This document shows, one piece after another, positions 25,803 through 38,292 of a DNA stretch of 64,000 nt. The notes below the pieces were generated by a model. That model had not been told where the DNA came from. It was given only the letters and a program-made list of their open reading frames with translations, and did no database searches. Positions within the stretch are counted from its first letter, which is position 1; every line of letters starts with the position of its first letter. A program made the translations under genes and the position numbers. The DNA is taken from positions 13,111,722 through 13,175,721 of the forward strand of contig NC_057720.1 in assembly GCF_004010195.1 (NCBI RefSeq). The letters run 5' to 3'. Source of the DNA: Chiloscyllium plagiosum. Its lineage: Eukaryota.

Positions 25803-26278
25803 ACTGAATTGATTTGAATTTATTGTCATGTGGAGCAAGGCACAGTGAAAAACTTTGAATTGCGAGCAATACAGGCAGATCAGAGTTAAGTAGTATAGAT
25901 AAGTAAATAATAGGTAAACAGACACAAAAACAAAAACACAGGTACAGGCGAATGTTAAGAGCTTGAATCCGTTCAGTATTCTAACAACAGTAGGGTCGAA
26001 ACTAGTGCATGTGTTCAGTCTTCTGTATTTTCTCCCCAATGATAAAGGTTGTACAAAAACATTGCCAGGGTGGGTGGATCTGTGAGAACGTTGGCGGCCT
26101 TTCCTTGACAGCGGGCCTGGTAGATGAATTCTATCGATGGGAGTTTGGTCTTTATGATCGTCTGGGCTGAGTTTACCACGCTCTGTAACTGTCTCCGATA
26201 TTGAATGGTACAGTTGCCATACACATCCAGACAGAATGCTCTGGATGGCGCATCTATAAAAGTTGGCAAGGGTATCTG
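25803..26278 (-). mobile_element. Rex1/Babar 3' end, second copy
   Basis: Close match to 12645-13460 without the SINE; TLANFYRCAIQSILSGC. Confidence 0.88.
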
Positions 26279-26482
26279 AAATAATGTTTCCAGTCAAGTC
26301 CTCATGTAATGCTGATTCATTTAATGTTCCTTACCTTTAATATTGTTAATAGCAATATATCCATTTAGTGATGCTTGTCACTGACTTTGTGTACTGTGGG
26401 CTACGATCAGCTTTTACATGAGGGCTTTGCTTTTTTTTTGTTGGTTTAATGCCATGGGCTACTTGTGCAGGGAGTCTGTTCT

Positions 26483-26812
26483 GTTATGGTAATATCACTG
26501 GCCTCGTAAACTGACCTAGTGGTCCAGGCTAGTGCTGAGGGGGCATGCGTTCAAATCCCACCATGTGCCATCTGGAATTAAAAGCACCCCTAGTGATCAT
26601 GAAACTATCATTGTCACGAATATCTGTTTGTTTCTCTAATACCCTTTAATTACTTGGTCAAGGCAACAGGTGATTCCAGAACCACAGTGACAACCACAAT
26701 TCTTACATGCCCTCTGCAATGGCCTAACAAGCCGTTGAGTTCAAGGGCAGTTAAAGACAACCAGCAAAGGCAACCTATGTCTGCCACATCCAAATCCCAT
26801 GAAAGAATGAAT
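26483..26812 (+). mobile_element. Old tRNA-derived SINE of a second family
   Basis: B-box-like GTTCAAATCCCACC; tail TTCAAGGGCAGTTAAAG...CCCATGAAAGAATGAAT; related antisense copy at about 30985-31258. Confidence 0.6.
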
Positions 26813-26880
26813 ATAAAACTCGTGTTTATGTTTTTCTCCACATTTCAAAATGTCTACCATCTATACAAATACTGATGTCA

Positions 26881-27582
26881 TACTGTGGTTCTGTTCGCCG
26901 AGTTGGGGATTTGTGTTGCAGACATTTCGTCCCCTGTCTCGGTGACATCCTCAGTGCTTGGGGGCCTCCCGTGAAGCGCTTCTGTGATCTTTCCTCCGGC
27001 ATTTGTAGTGATTTGTATCTGCTGCCTCCGGTTGTCAGTTTCAGCTGTCCGCTGCAGTGGTCGGTATATTGGATCCAGGTCGATGTGCTTATTGATTGAA
27101 TCTGTGGACGAGTGCCATGCTTCTAGGAATTCCCTGGCTGTTCTCTGTTTGGCTTGTCCTATAATAGTAGTGTTGTCCCAGTCGAATTCATGTTGCTTGT
27201 CATCTGAGTGTGTGGCTACTAAGGATAGCTGGTCGTGGCGTTTCGTGGCTAGTTGGTGTTCATGGATGTGGATCGTTAGCTGTCTTCCTGTTTGTCCTAT
27301 GTAGTGTTTTGTGCAGTCCTTGCATGGGATTTTGTACACTACATTGGTTTTGCTCATGCTGGGTATCGGGTCCTTCGTTCTGGTGAATTGTTGTCTGAGA
27401 GTGGTTGTTGGTTTGTGTGCTGATATGATCCGCGTCCATGAACACCAACTAGCCAAGAAATGACACGACCAGCTATCCTTAGTAGCTACACGCAGATGAC
27501 AAGCAACATGAGTTCGACTGGGACAACACTATTATTATAGGACAAGCCAAACAGAACAGCCAGGGAATTCCAAGAGGCATGG
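26881..27582 (-). mobile_element. Penelope-like element 3' part (GIY-YIG) with inverted 5' duplication
   Basis: ORF KTNVVYKIPCKDCTKHYIGQTGRQLTIHIHEH...AREFLEAWH; 27427-27582 is an inverted copy of 27116-27274. Confidence 0.9.
26918..26957 (-). ncRNA. Hammerhead motif of a different Penelope family
   Basis: Reverse complement GCA-CTGAGGA-T-GTCACC-GAGACA-GGGGAC-GAAA-TGTC-TGC; stem I GCA/TGC; one probable CpG change in the stem-III palindrome. Confidence 0.65.
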
Positions 27583-29321
27583 GGCAGGATTAGGGTATTG
27601 TAGTCATTGGGACCAGGCTGACCTCGTTAATGAGGAGGTTCTTGATTGGGGTTGTTAATCTGGGCCAATTTGGTCAGCCAAGGCTTTCCTATGTAGCCAG
27701 GAGACAGTGGCTTTGTCTCAATGTAACTAGTCTCGTCATCCATAAGCCCTGGGAGAGATGTTCAAATCCCACCAGGCCACATAGGGGTGAAACGTTAAGT
27801 CATTAAAAAGCTGCAGCCAGGAGATTTTGAGTCTCCTCAGTTGAGGATTGACTCCAAGCTGGCTGGTCACTCTGTGTACTATGCAGTAACAAATAAAAGA
27901 TGACTTGGTGACTGGACACAGCCACTGTGCAGTTATTTCAGGGCATAGTCATAGAGATTGTTGAACTTGATGAACAGCCATGATCATATTGAATGGCGGA
28001 GCAGGCCTGAGGGGTTGAATGGCCTACTCTTCCAACCTTCTATGTTTTCAAGCCATTGACGTTTGACCACTATATCAGAATTTGCAGTAAATTTGGGGCC
28101 ACTGCATAGTTTCGTTTTTAAATTTCTTTCCCCTTTTCCACTCTAACATTGCTACTGCTCAGATATGAGAAAATTGTCTTAGCATTGTAAAGTCATCAAA
28201 TCCCTTATGAATGTTGGCATTTTAAAATCTTAGGGACTGAAATATTTGCCTGTCCTTTCTGTCATGTGGTGATGGGTTCTCAAGAGAAGAATTGGCAGTT
28301 TAGCATACTGAAAGGATTATCTTGAAATTTCTCTTGTAACAATGTTTCTGATTGAATAGCTCCAAACGTGAAGTGCTCGGTTTGAATATGTGCCAAAGAA
28401 CTGAGCATGTGTACTCAACAGTATTCCAAGATAATTAGAGCAATTTATTTCTGCAGCCGTTTAATGTGACAGGGAAATGGCAGATAATAAAACACCTTGT
28501 TGCTGTATGCAAACTTGTTCTGCTTACTGTTAAAGCTTTCCATATACCTTTTTTCTTTTCCTTTATGAAAGGCCTAATTATTTTTTACACATTGATTATC
28601 TATATGCTGTAAATGTTTACATTTTGTCATGCTTTATGCTTAACTGCTCATTGTCCTATTTTAATGCATCTCTATTAATCATTCTCTGAGAAATAAATCT
28701 TTATTTGTCATGGAGCACAGTGATAAATAAACTTAACATACCAAAACAGAGCATTGTATGAAGCATATTTGCTAGAAAATATCACTGTACAGTGTAGTGT
28801 ATGTTCTTTAATTGTGCATATGCTTGGTGTCCGCTTTGGGACGACAAGTTTTTGAAACAGTTCATCTCCACTTCCTATTCTGTTTCCTTGCTTTTATGAG
28901 TTGTTGTTTCCCCTTTACATTATCGGAAAATTTGTCACGCTGCATTACAGACAGCTGCCCTGTGTCACTTACTCGAAGTTAACTATATTAGGATTAAGAC
29001 AACCTTTTTAAAAAATAACCATTGTTTTCTTTCGTGAAAGTTAAGTAATTGGAAAAATCAAGAAATAGAGGTCATCAGTTTAAGGTGAGCAGCAAAATGG
29101 CAAAGGTGATGTGGAAACATTTTTTGTATGGCAAATGATTAGGATTTGGAATGCACTGTTCAAGAGTGTTGTGGAGGCAGATGGCTTTCAGATGGAATTT
29201 GTGTAATTATCTGAAGAGTGAACATTTCCAGGGTTACTGGGAAAGGATGGAAAAGTGGAATTAGTTGAGTAACTTACAGCAAGCTGGTACTGTTGGACTG
29301 AATAGCTTCTTCATAGCATCA

Positions 29322-29635
29322 TCGAATTCCGACAGTGTCCTTCAACCCAACAAGTCCACACCAATCCTCAGAAGAGTATCCCACCCAAACCCATTCCCCC
29401 ACCCTACTACTCTACATCCACTCCTAACCAACACATTGTTGAACACTACGGGCAATTTAGCATGGTCAATTCACCTAACCTGCACATGTTTAGATTGTGG
29501 GAGCACCCGGAGGAAACCCTCTCAGACACTGGGAATGTGCAAACCCCACACAGACAGTCACCTAAGGCTGGAATTGAACCCAGGTCTCTTGTGCTGTGAG
29601 GCAGCAATGCTACCCACTGATCAACTGTGCGACCC
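29322..29635 (-). mobile_element. HE1/V-SINE (diverged)
   Basis: V-domain GGGCAATTTAGCATGGTCAATTCACCTAACCTGCAC. Confidence 0.88.
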
Positions 29636-31311
29636 TATGCATTCTTCTATGCAGTTAAGCATTTAAAACTTGCTGTAGAATTTTGCTTGAAATATTGGAT
29701 ACATAACTGTTGAATTTATAAATTTGAGATTCCTTCATGACTGATGTAAGATTCAAAGTACAGACCACAATTAAAATTGCGATAAATTTGTAGGGACATA
29801 AGAAATAGGAGTGGAAGTCGGCCATCCAGTGTGGTATTTAGTGTAGGCAGTAGTAAACAGCTGTGCCTTCCACAACTTGTGTCCATGCCTCTTAGATATC
29901 TGTGGTATTACTTTCTCAAGCATTCTGTTGACAGGTGATCTTTGATTCTTCTGTTGGTGTGTACTGTTGTCTGAAAACACCAAGCTTTTTATCCTCCTCT
30001 CCTTTAGTCTATCCAGGGCATATTTAAATCTCCTAGATAATAGAGTTCGTCTTTTGTCAGAGTCCAGAGTCCCTCAGCTTCTCTCTGCTCTGCTCTGCAA
30101 ATGTCACCACATTTGTTTCTGGAAGACATTGGCACATATACCCCATCCATCATGATCAGCATTCACTACCTTCACCAAGCAAGTTTCCATCTTGGCCACA
30201 TGCCATCCTGAGTTGGAACTATATTGCTGTTCCTTCACTGATTCTGGGTATGCAGTTGGAGCTCCATTCCCAACGGCACTGTGAATGTATCCACATCCAA
30301 ATACTGCTGCAGTTCAAGAAATCAATTTACCGCTATTTTGTCAAGGACAGTTAGAGATGGACAATAAATGTTTAGCCAGTGAGTTAAAGATAAACATAAA
30401 TTTGCTTCTTGGCAGAATAGCTTGTTCCTTAAAAAAGCATGTGTTATAAACCACAATACTATGTAACTGCCCTTTCAGCATAAGGTGTGAGACAAAAAAT
30501 ATTTTTAAGTTTGTCAAATGCTTAACTACTTCAATTCTTATGACAACTTACTTAACCATGTTATTTAACAGCCACAGGTGATTTCTAACCACATTATTAA
30601 CAATTGACATTTTTCAGATAAGATTAACCATCATACTTCATAGCTTAGCCTTGGCATAAAAAGGCAATTGACATCATAAAAAGACCATTGCAAAAAAATT
30701 ACTAAGCTTTACAATGTGATGAAGTGCTGTGTAAATGCAAGCATTACACTAATTGATCCCGTTAAGTGAATTGAAATTTGAGTGACCATGCTTAAGGGTA
30801 AGATGATTATTAGTGGGTTGATCTAAAGCGTTTGCAGCAACAGTCACCTGTTCTTAGAAATATGGGGGCAAGTGATTTTCCATTGGGGAAAGTGAAACTG
30901 AAGTCTCTGTTTTAAAAGCTGATCTGATAAACATGTATTTGGGCCCTAAATAACAAACCATGGTTTGGTGTAATGCGCAACGGCAGTTTTTTTTTATTCA
31001 TGTGATAAGGGCATCACTTGGCTGGGTCAGCATTTATTGTCCATCCCAATTGGCCCGAGTGCAGTTAAAATTCAATTTGCTCTTGCTCTGGACTCGCATG
31101 TAGGCCACATCAGTTTAGGATGGCAGACTTCCTTCCCTAAAGGACATATGTGAATCAGATGGGTGTTTATGACAATTGAAAGCGGTTACATGGTCAGCAT
31201 TAGGTTAGATTTCTATTCCAGAGTTGTATTGAACTCAAATTTCACCATCTGCCATAGTGTTTGCAATTGACGCTCTGTTACAATTTTATTTACATATTTT
31301 ATTTTCCTTCT

Positions 31312-32515
31312 TCAAAAACCTCCAAACGGACCCCACCACCAGGGATATATTTCCCTCCCCTCCCCTCCCAGCGTTCCGAAAAGACCACTCCCTCCATGAC
31401 TCCCTCGTCAGATCCACACCCCCCACCAACTCAACCTCCACTCCCGGCACCTTCCCCTGCAACCGCAAGAAATGCAAAACCTGAGCCCACACCTTCCCCC
31501 TCACTTCCCTCCAAGGCCCCAAGGGATCCTTCCATATCCGCCACAAATTCACCTGCACCTCCACACACATCATTTACTGCATCCGCTGCACCCGATGTGG
31601 CCTCCTCTACATTGGGGAGACAGGCCGCCTACTTGCGGAACGTTTCAGAGAACACCTCTGGGACAGCCGGACCAACCAACCCAACCACCCCGTGGCTCAA
31701 CACTTCAACTCCCCCTCCCACTCCACCAAGGACATGCAGGTCCTTGGACTCGTCCATCGCCAGACCATAGCAACACGGCGAATGAAGGAAGAGCGCCTCA
31801 TCTTCCACCTAGGAATCCTCTAACCACAAGGGATGAATTCAGATTTCTCCAGTTTCCTCATTTCCCCTCCCCCCACCTTGTCTCAGTCAAATCCCTCGAA
31901 CTCAGCACCGCCTTCCTAACCTGCAATCTTCTTCCTGACCTCTCCGTCCCCACCCCCACTCCGGCCTATCACCCTCACCTTGACCTCCTTCCACCTATCG
32001 CATTTCCAACGCCTCTCCTCCAAGTCCCTCCTCCCTATCTTTTATCTTAGCCTGCTGGACACACTTTCGGCACGGTGTCACAGTGATTAGCACTGCTGCC
32101 TCACAGCGCCGGAGACCTGGGTTTAATTCCCGCCTCAGGCGACTGACTGTGTGGAGTTTGCATCTTCTCCCCGTGTCTGCGTGGGTTTCCTCCGGGTGCT
32201 CCGGTTTCCTCCCACCGTCCAAAGATGTGCAGGTCAGGTGAATTGGCCATGCTAAATTGCCCGTAGTGTTAGGTAAGGGGTAATTGTAGGGGTATGGGTG
32301 GGTTGCGCTTCGGCGGGCTGGTGTGGACTTGTTGGGCCGAAGGGCCTGTTTCCACACTGTAATGCAATGTAATGTTCATTTTCCCATTCTTGAAGAAGGG
32401 CTCATGCCCAAAACGTCAATTCTCCTGCTCCTTTGATGCTGCCTGACTGCTGCGCTTTTCCAGCAACACATTTTCAGCTCTGATCTCCAGCATCTGCAGT
32501 CCTCACTTTCCCCTC
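31312..32515 (+). mobile_element. Penelope-like element 3' part (GIY-YIG and pLTR)
   Basis: LQTDPTTRDIFPSPPLPAFRKDHSL; FTCTSTHIIYCIRCTRCGLLYIGETGR read manually; degenerate hammerhead at about 32388-32420. Confidence 0.92.
32068..32375 (+). mobile_element. HE1/V-SINE nested in Penelope pLTR
   Basis: Head GGCACGGTGTCACAGTGATTAGC, B-box GGTTTAATTCC, (AATGT)n-like tail. Confidence 0.93.
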
Positions 32516-33321
32516 GAAGAAACCTTAAACACTAGATTACCCACATAAGTTCTCATTTTAGTGATCTTGAAATCATAATTAGAAAAATAATACATTTTGA
32601 CAAACACTGATTGGAATGTTGTCTGGATTTAGTGTAGGAATAACAGGGGAAATTTTAAACCTTAGAGCAATCCTTTGTACATATCTATCATAAACAACAT
32701 GTTACCCCACATACAACGGCAGGATGCGATCATCCTTGGAGATAACACAAATGCTAATGCCCTAATCTGTTATGCAAATGATTTCCTGACTCAGTGATTC
32801 CAAGACAATACAGGTGTGACATACCTCTGGTCAGAAAGCATTTCTGAATGGAAGAGATTGAATTGATAGATGAACTTCATAAAAGCAGGGGAGTAATGTC
32901 TCAATGAAATGTCAATCACAATGGATTGTCATCCACATTCTTTTCTGGCTTTCTTCCCCACCTAAAGACAGTGCTGTTTGACCCTTTAGTGTTACATTAA
33001 TGTCCAGAGAGAGAGAGAGTCCCATTTCATCTTTTAACATTACATCTTGAGAATCAGGTTCCGTTTGTTTTCCAAACTCAGATTTGATATTAATGTTAAC
33101 ATCGTACTTGACATCTATCAGTGAAAATTGTGCCAGAAAAAAATATGAACCATGCACAGTTTTGGAATGTAGAACCTAACTTCCCTGATACTCATCGTCT
33201 CAGTTGCGAACAGTGATGTATGTCTTGAGATTATTTCCTGGACTGTTTGATACGATCATGTAGTATCCATGCACTTGAGCTTTCTAGCAATATCAAATAA
33301 ACATAGTATAATTGCTATTTT

Positions 33322-33420
33322 CCTCATTCCTGAAGAAGGGCTTATGCCCGAAACGTCGATTCTCCTGTTCCTTGGATGCTGCCTGACCTGCTGCGCTTTT
33401 CCAGCAACACATTTTCAGCT
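33322..33420 (+). mobile_element. Solo Penelope pLTR end with intact hammerhead core (33326-33361)
   Basis: ATTC-CTGAAGA-A-GGGC-TTAT-GCCC-GAAA-CGTC-GATT; flanking duplication TATAATTGCT at 33307-33316 and 33420-33429. Confidence 0.88.
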
Positions 33421-33991
33421 ATAATTGCTTATTGCAATACAGATACCTTGGATTTAAATATCATTCGAAAGGGTTTGCCAACAAAACATGTTGGGAGGTT
33501 TGACCTAACCAGCAAATGATGGGCTACATTTATCAACAATATAATTGTTTTGTCAATTGATATAAAGTACAATGACAAGGTTGCATCTTTCCTTCATATT
33601 TTCTTTGAAAATCAAATCAACCAAGTGTGTTTGCTGAATTTGAGTTCAGTAACATTTCGAGTGGGGGAACAGGATTAAATAGAGCACTAGAGGCCCTTGG
33701 GGGGCAATTTAAGTTGCATGCAGATGCTTTCCTGAAAATAAAATATTAGTTGTGACATTGTATCCATGGAATTATTTAAATACCCTGAAGCTACCCGAAT
33801 TGCCCATTCTATCCAAATTAAAAAGCTTGTGCTCAGGCTGAAGAACTACTTGTTTGCATTCCTTTGCTGAGTGGCTTTGAGTACAGTTGAAAAAGAAATT
33901 TGCTGTGCTTGTCCTTTATTCCAATAATAATAGGCAGATAATTGTCTGAAATATTTTCAGTATTTTAGTAATAAGGTCGAATGTTTGGAGA

Positions 33992-34212
33992 AAAAAAGAA
34001 TAAAAGCAAATTACTGTGGATGCTGGAATCTGAAATCAAAAGACAAAATGCTGGAAAATCTCAGCAGGTCTGGCAGCATCTGAAAGGAGAGGAAAGAGCT
34101 GACGTTTCGAGTCTAACTGACCCTTTGTTAGACTCGAAATGTCAGCTGTTTTCTCTCCTTACAGATGCTGCCAGACCTGCTGAGATTTTCCGTATTTTCT
34201 CTTTTGGTTTCT
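33992..34212. mobile_element. Fold-back Penelope mini-element of another family
   Basis: Inverted arms meeting at about 34120; TSD AATGTTTG(G/A)AGA at 33980-33991 and 34213-34224. Confidence 0.82.
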
Positions 34213-34717
34213 AATGTTTGAAGATTGAGCAGATTAAAAAAATTCTATACATGCCAGATGAAAATAATGCAGGATTTCAATTGAAAGAATTTTTTTTCAA
34301 TAAATAGTTAGACCAGTCTATAAACTGGAATAATTTAAAGTTTAAATTTTATGTTAGTTTTGAATGCAGGGACCAAAAGATAAATAACATTCCACATCAA
34401 AAGAGCCTCAGGATTTTGTTCCAAGCATTGTCAGTGTTGCCTGCTAAACAAAAGCATAGGTGGTTCCTTAGTTTTTCATCCGCTTGAAAAGTGCAAACAG
34501 GAACTGTGAAAAACAAGAAGTTGATTATTTTTATAACAGCTTTTCATTTACCGCTGTTGTACCCATTAAATGAGCCTGTTTGTGTCGTCCAGTATTCTAA
34601 GGCTTTCCTTCTCACTAACGTAATTGCCGCCTGTTTGTTTTAAGTTTTATCCATTTAGTCTCATTTGAGGACACTTCTAAGGTATCATCCATCCTCCTTG
34701 TAGTCATCAGTTTATTG

Positions 34718-35303
34718 TAGAACATAGAAAAATACAGCGCAGTACAGGCCCTTTGGCCCTCGATGTTGCGCCGATCCAAGCCCACCTAACCTACACTAGC
34801 CCACTATCCTCCATATGCCTATCCAATGCCCGCTTAAATGCCCATAAAAAGGGAGAGTCCACCACTGCTACTGGCAGGGCATTCCATGAACTCACGACTC
34901 GCTGAGTAAAGAATTCCTTCCATACCAGGCAACATCCTGGTAAATCTCCTCTGCACCCTTTCCAAAGCTTCCACATCCTTCCTATAGTATGGCGACCAAA
35001 GCTGCACACAATATTCCAGATGCGGCCGGACCAGAGTCTTATACAACTGCATCATGACCTCAGGACTCCGGAACTCAATTCCTCTACCAATAAAAGCCAG
35101 TACGCCATATGCCTTCTTCACCGCACTATTTACCTAGGTGGCAACTTTCAAAGATCTGTGTACATGGACACCAAGATCCCTCTGCTCATCCACACTACCA
35201 AGTATCCGACCATTAGCCCAGTACCCCATTTTTTTGTTACTCTTACCAAAGTGAATCATCTCACACTTACCTACGTTGAACTCCATTTGCCACCTTTCTG
35301 CCC
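34718..35303 (-). mobile_element. CR1 3' end with internal deletion
   Basis: LYKTLVRPHLEYCVQLWSPYYRKDVEALERVQRRFTRMLPG joined directly to FFTQRVVSSWNALP. Confidence 0.9.
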
Positions 35304-35652
35304 AGAGGACATTGCGAGGACATCTTTTTTTTTACACCAGTTGCCTGCTACTTCAACACGTCACCTTGTTCCCTGGCCATATCTATCTCAGGTTTGCTGC
35401 AGTGCTCCACTGAATATGGACCAGACCACTGACTCTTAAGCGTACGTGTAGTCATGTTTAAAAAAAAAAATGGCCCTGCCTGTTCTGTTCTCTGCAGTGG
35501 AGAATTTCAAAGATTAACGTCCTGAGAAGACAGCTCTCTCTTCACCTCAGTCTAAATGGAGACCTTTATTCTGAAGTTATCATTCAGATCTGCATTCCCC
35601 AACAAAAGGAAGCATTCCTTCAACACCAACCCTGTCAAGACCCTTCAGTATA

Positions 35653-36233
35653 CAGGGGAACCTCGGTTATCCGAACGTGATGGGCGGGCACTGTTTTGTT
35701 TGGATAATCGATTAAATGCTTTTCCTCTGGGGCTTGGAGTTTTTAAAGTCTGCTTCCCATTCAGGAGATGAGGTAGCAGCATACTGCCCGCCTCCAACAT
35801 TGACCTCTGCCTCCAACATTGACCTCTGCCCCCAACCCCATCCAACACCGAACCCCCCCATCCCCAATGCCATCCAACACCGCCCCCCCCAACTCTGTAT
35901 ATGCATACGCACACACACACAGCCCCACACACAACTTTTTACTACAACTTTTTGACAAGTTCCGCCTTTGCCCTGTACAGAGCAATGTTGGAGAGATTAT
36001 CTGGGGAAGGGGGGTTTAGGGTTCACCCCTGTGTAGAACTCCAGGGAAAGTGTATGGAGAGAGGGCGGGCAGACAGTCATATGGAGATGGTGCCTGTTTA
36101 ATCACTGTAAACAAAAGTCATGATTACTTTTGGAAACGCGTCTTTGATTAAATGTTTCCATCGGGACCTCGAGATCTCCTTCAGATAATCCGATTTTTGG
36201 ATAATTGGTATTCAGATAATTGAGGTTCCTCTG
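35653..36233. mobile_element. Non-autonomous Tc1/mariner-pogo (Tigger-like) MITE
   Basis: TIRs CAGGGGAACCTCGGTTATCCGAA / TTCAGATAATTGAGGTTCCTCTG; TA on both sides (35651-35652, 36234-36235). Confidence 0.85.
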
Positions 36234-36587
36234 TAATTGTTAAGTCTGACCACTTCTCATTTTTCAAATAGCTAATGATTATATGTCCAACCTACAGAAT
36301 CATAGCTCTTCATTCCAGGAATCAATGTAGTAAATCTCCTCTGATTTGGCTCCAAAGCGCACACATCCCTTGATATAAAGAGCAATTGTGGTGCAATGAT
36401 AACATCCTTACCTTTGTGACAGAAGATATGGATTCAAGACCCACCTGCCTTGGACTTGTTTATGAAAGGAAAAAGTTTGTCTTAAACTACACTGTCTTTG
36501 ATAATTTTATAGATCTCAATCAGGTTAACATTTTGTAGATGTGGTTACAATGAAATGTAGCAGCAGGAGAAAGCCATTCGACACATG

Positions 36588-36928
36588 ATTAGATTAGATT
36601 TCCGACAGTGTGGAAACAGGCCCTTTGGCTCAACCAGTCCACACCGACCCTCCAAAGAGTAACCCATGCAGACCCATTTCCCTCTGATTAATGCACCTAA
36701 CACCATGGGCAATTTTTAACATGGCCAATTCATCTGGCTTGCACATCTTTGGACTGTGGGAGGAAACGGGACCACCCGGAGGAAACCCACGCAGATATGA
36801 GGACAATATTCAAACTCCACACGCAGGTACCCAAGGCTGGAATTAACCCTGGGACCCTGGCGCTGTGAGGCAGCAGTGCTAGGCGCTGTGAGGCAGCAGT
36901 GCTAATCACTGTGCCACCATGCCGCCCC
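36588..36928 (-). mobile_element. HE1/V-SINE with 23-bp tandem duplication in the head
   Basis: GGCGCTGTGAGGCAGCAGTGCTA twice (36859-36904). Confidence 0.92.
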
Positions 36929-37887
36929 ACGAGCATGACACCATGAGCATGCACCACCACTTTGCAACATGATCATTGCTGAGCATCGAGCTTTGGAAAG
37001 TTTTTCCTTTTACTGCAGTACTAAAGTTCTATGCTGCCAAATGATTATTTATAAGCTGATCACATCTGCAATGAGATTATAAAGAGTGTCGCATTTTTTT
37101 GCATTCTTAGAGTTCAAATTTGTAGGTTTTTACATAAAAGCTGCAATGCTGAGTTCAAAGCCTGTTCTCCTGGCATTCTTAAATTGTTGTGCTCTTCTGA
37201 GTTTGACCTCAACAAGAGCACTCTGATTGAATTACAGATACGTAACACACTATCTAAAGTATGTGTTTCTACATGTTGATTGAAACTGGAGATGAGACAA
37301 AGACTTTATACGCTACTCCAGAAGGCAATTTAAAGGGACAATACTTGAGGCAATTGTACCAGGAACTGTCACTTCAGAAATGTTGAGTTGATTATAATAA
37401 AGAATATTCAAAAAGGTTTTGCTCTTTAATACTTAGACAAAAGTCTCCTTTTCAGTTTTGCTATTTATTTGAAATTGAGTGCAAAGTAAGTCTTCTGATT
37501 TTAATATAATGCTATAACTAGTTTAACAGACAATTACTTAACTTTTGCAAATGTTGGAGCATCATTTTGAAAGCAGTGAAGTAAAGTGACTCTGTTTCAT
37601 ACCATGTAACTAATTATTCAATTTTTTAAAAAATTACAGTAAAACTTGAAGAATGTTGAGTGTTTCTCTCCCACAATCCTAAAAGGGTTATTGTGTGGAA
37701 CGAAATCTGGTTCGTTATTGCATTCTCCATCAAAATCTTTAATTTAACCAGTATTGTATTGTGTTGTTGAATCTTAAACTTTTTCTTTTGATCAGGTAGC
37801 CTCAGCTGGTGCAGAAATTGAACTCATGCTGTTGTCACTCTGCAACTCAAACTAGTCTTGCCAAATGAGCTAGCCAACTCCCAGACT

Positions 37888-38292
37888 CAGTTCATGGATA
37901 GAAAATTGGCTAATGGGCAAGAAACACCAAGTGGGGATAAGGGATTCTTCTTCAGGTTGGTGACCCATGACTAATGTGGGGTTCCACAGAGATCAATGAT
38001 GGGACTGCAACAATATATATTAATGACTTTGAGGAAGTAAACATACCATAACCAAATTTTCAGATGGCACAAAACTAGGTGGAAACAGAGGTTGCAAGAG
38101 CAATACATCTTATACAGATGTACTAAATGGGCAAGAAATTGGCAATTGAGTACAATGTGGGAAAATGTGAAATTGTTCATTTTGGAAGGGAGAGCAAAAG
38201 AACAGTAATTTAAACTGAGAAAAATTGCAGAAAGATACAACGCGAAAGGGACTTGGTGTATTTGTGTGTAAAACAGCGAAAGCTAGCATACC
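37888..38292 (+). mobile_element. Old CR1 RT fragment
   Basis: TGGATAGAAAATTGGCTAA...GGGGTTCCACAGAGATCA...TTTTCAGATGGCACAAAACTAGGTGG. Confidence 0.72.

Noticed and set aside
31261..32050. Pro-rich ORFs (also 58599-59339)
   Set aside because: Alternative frames of C-rich Penelope sequence.
35786..35890. Short tandem repeats as a CRISPR-like array
   Set aside because: Simple minisatellite inside a MITE with no unique spacers; eukaryotic context.
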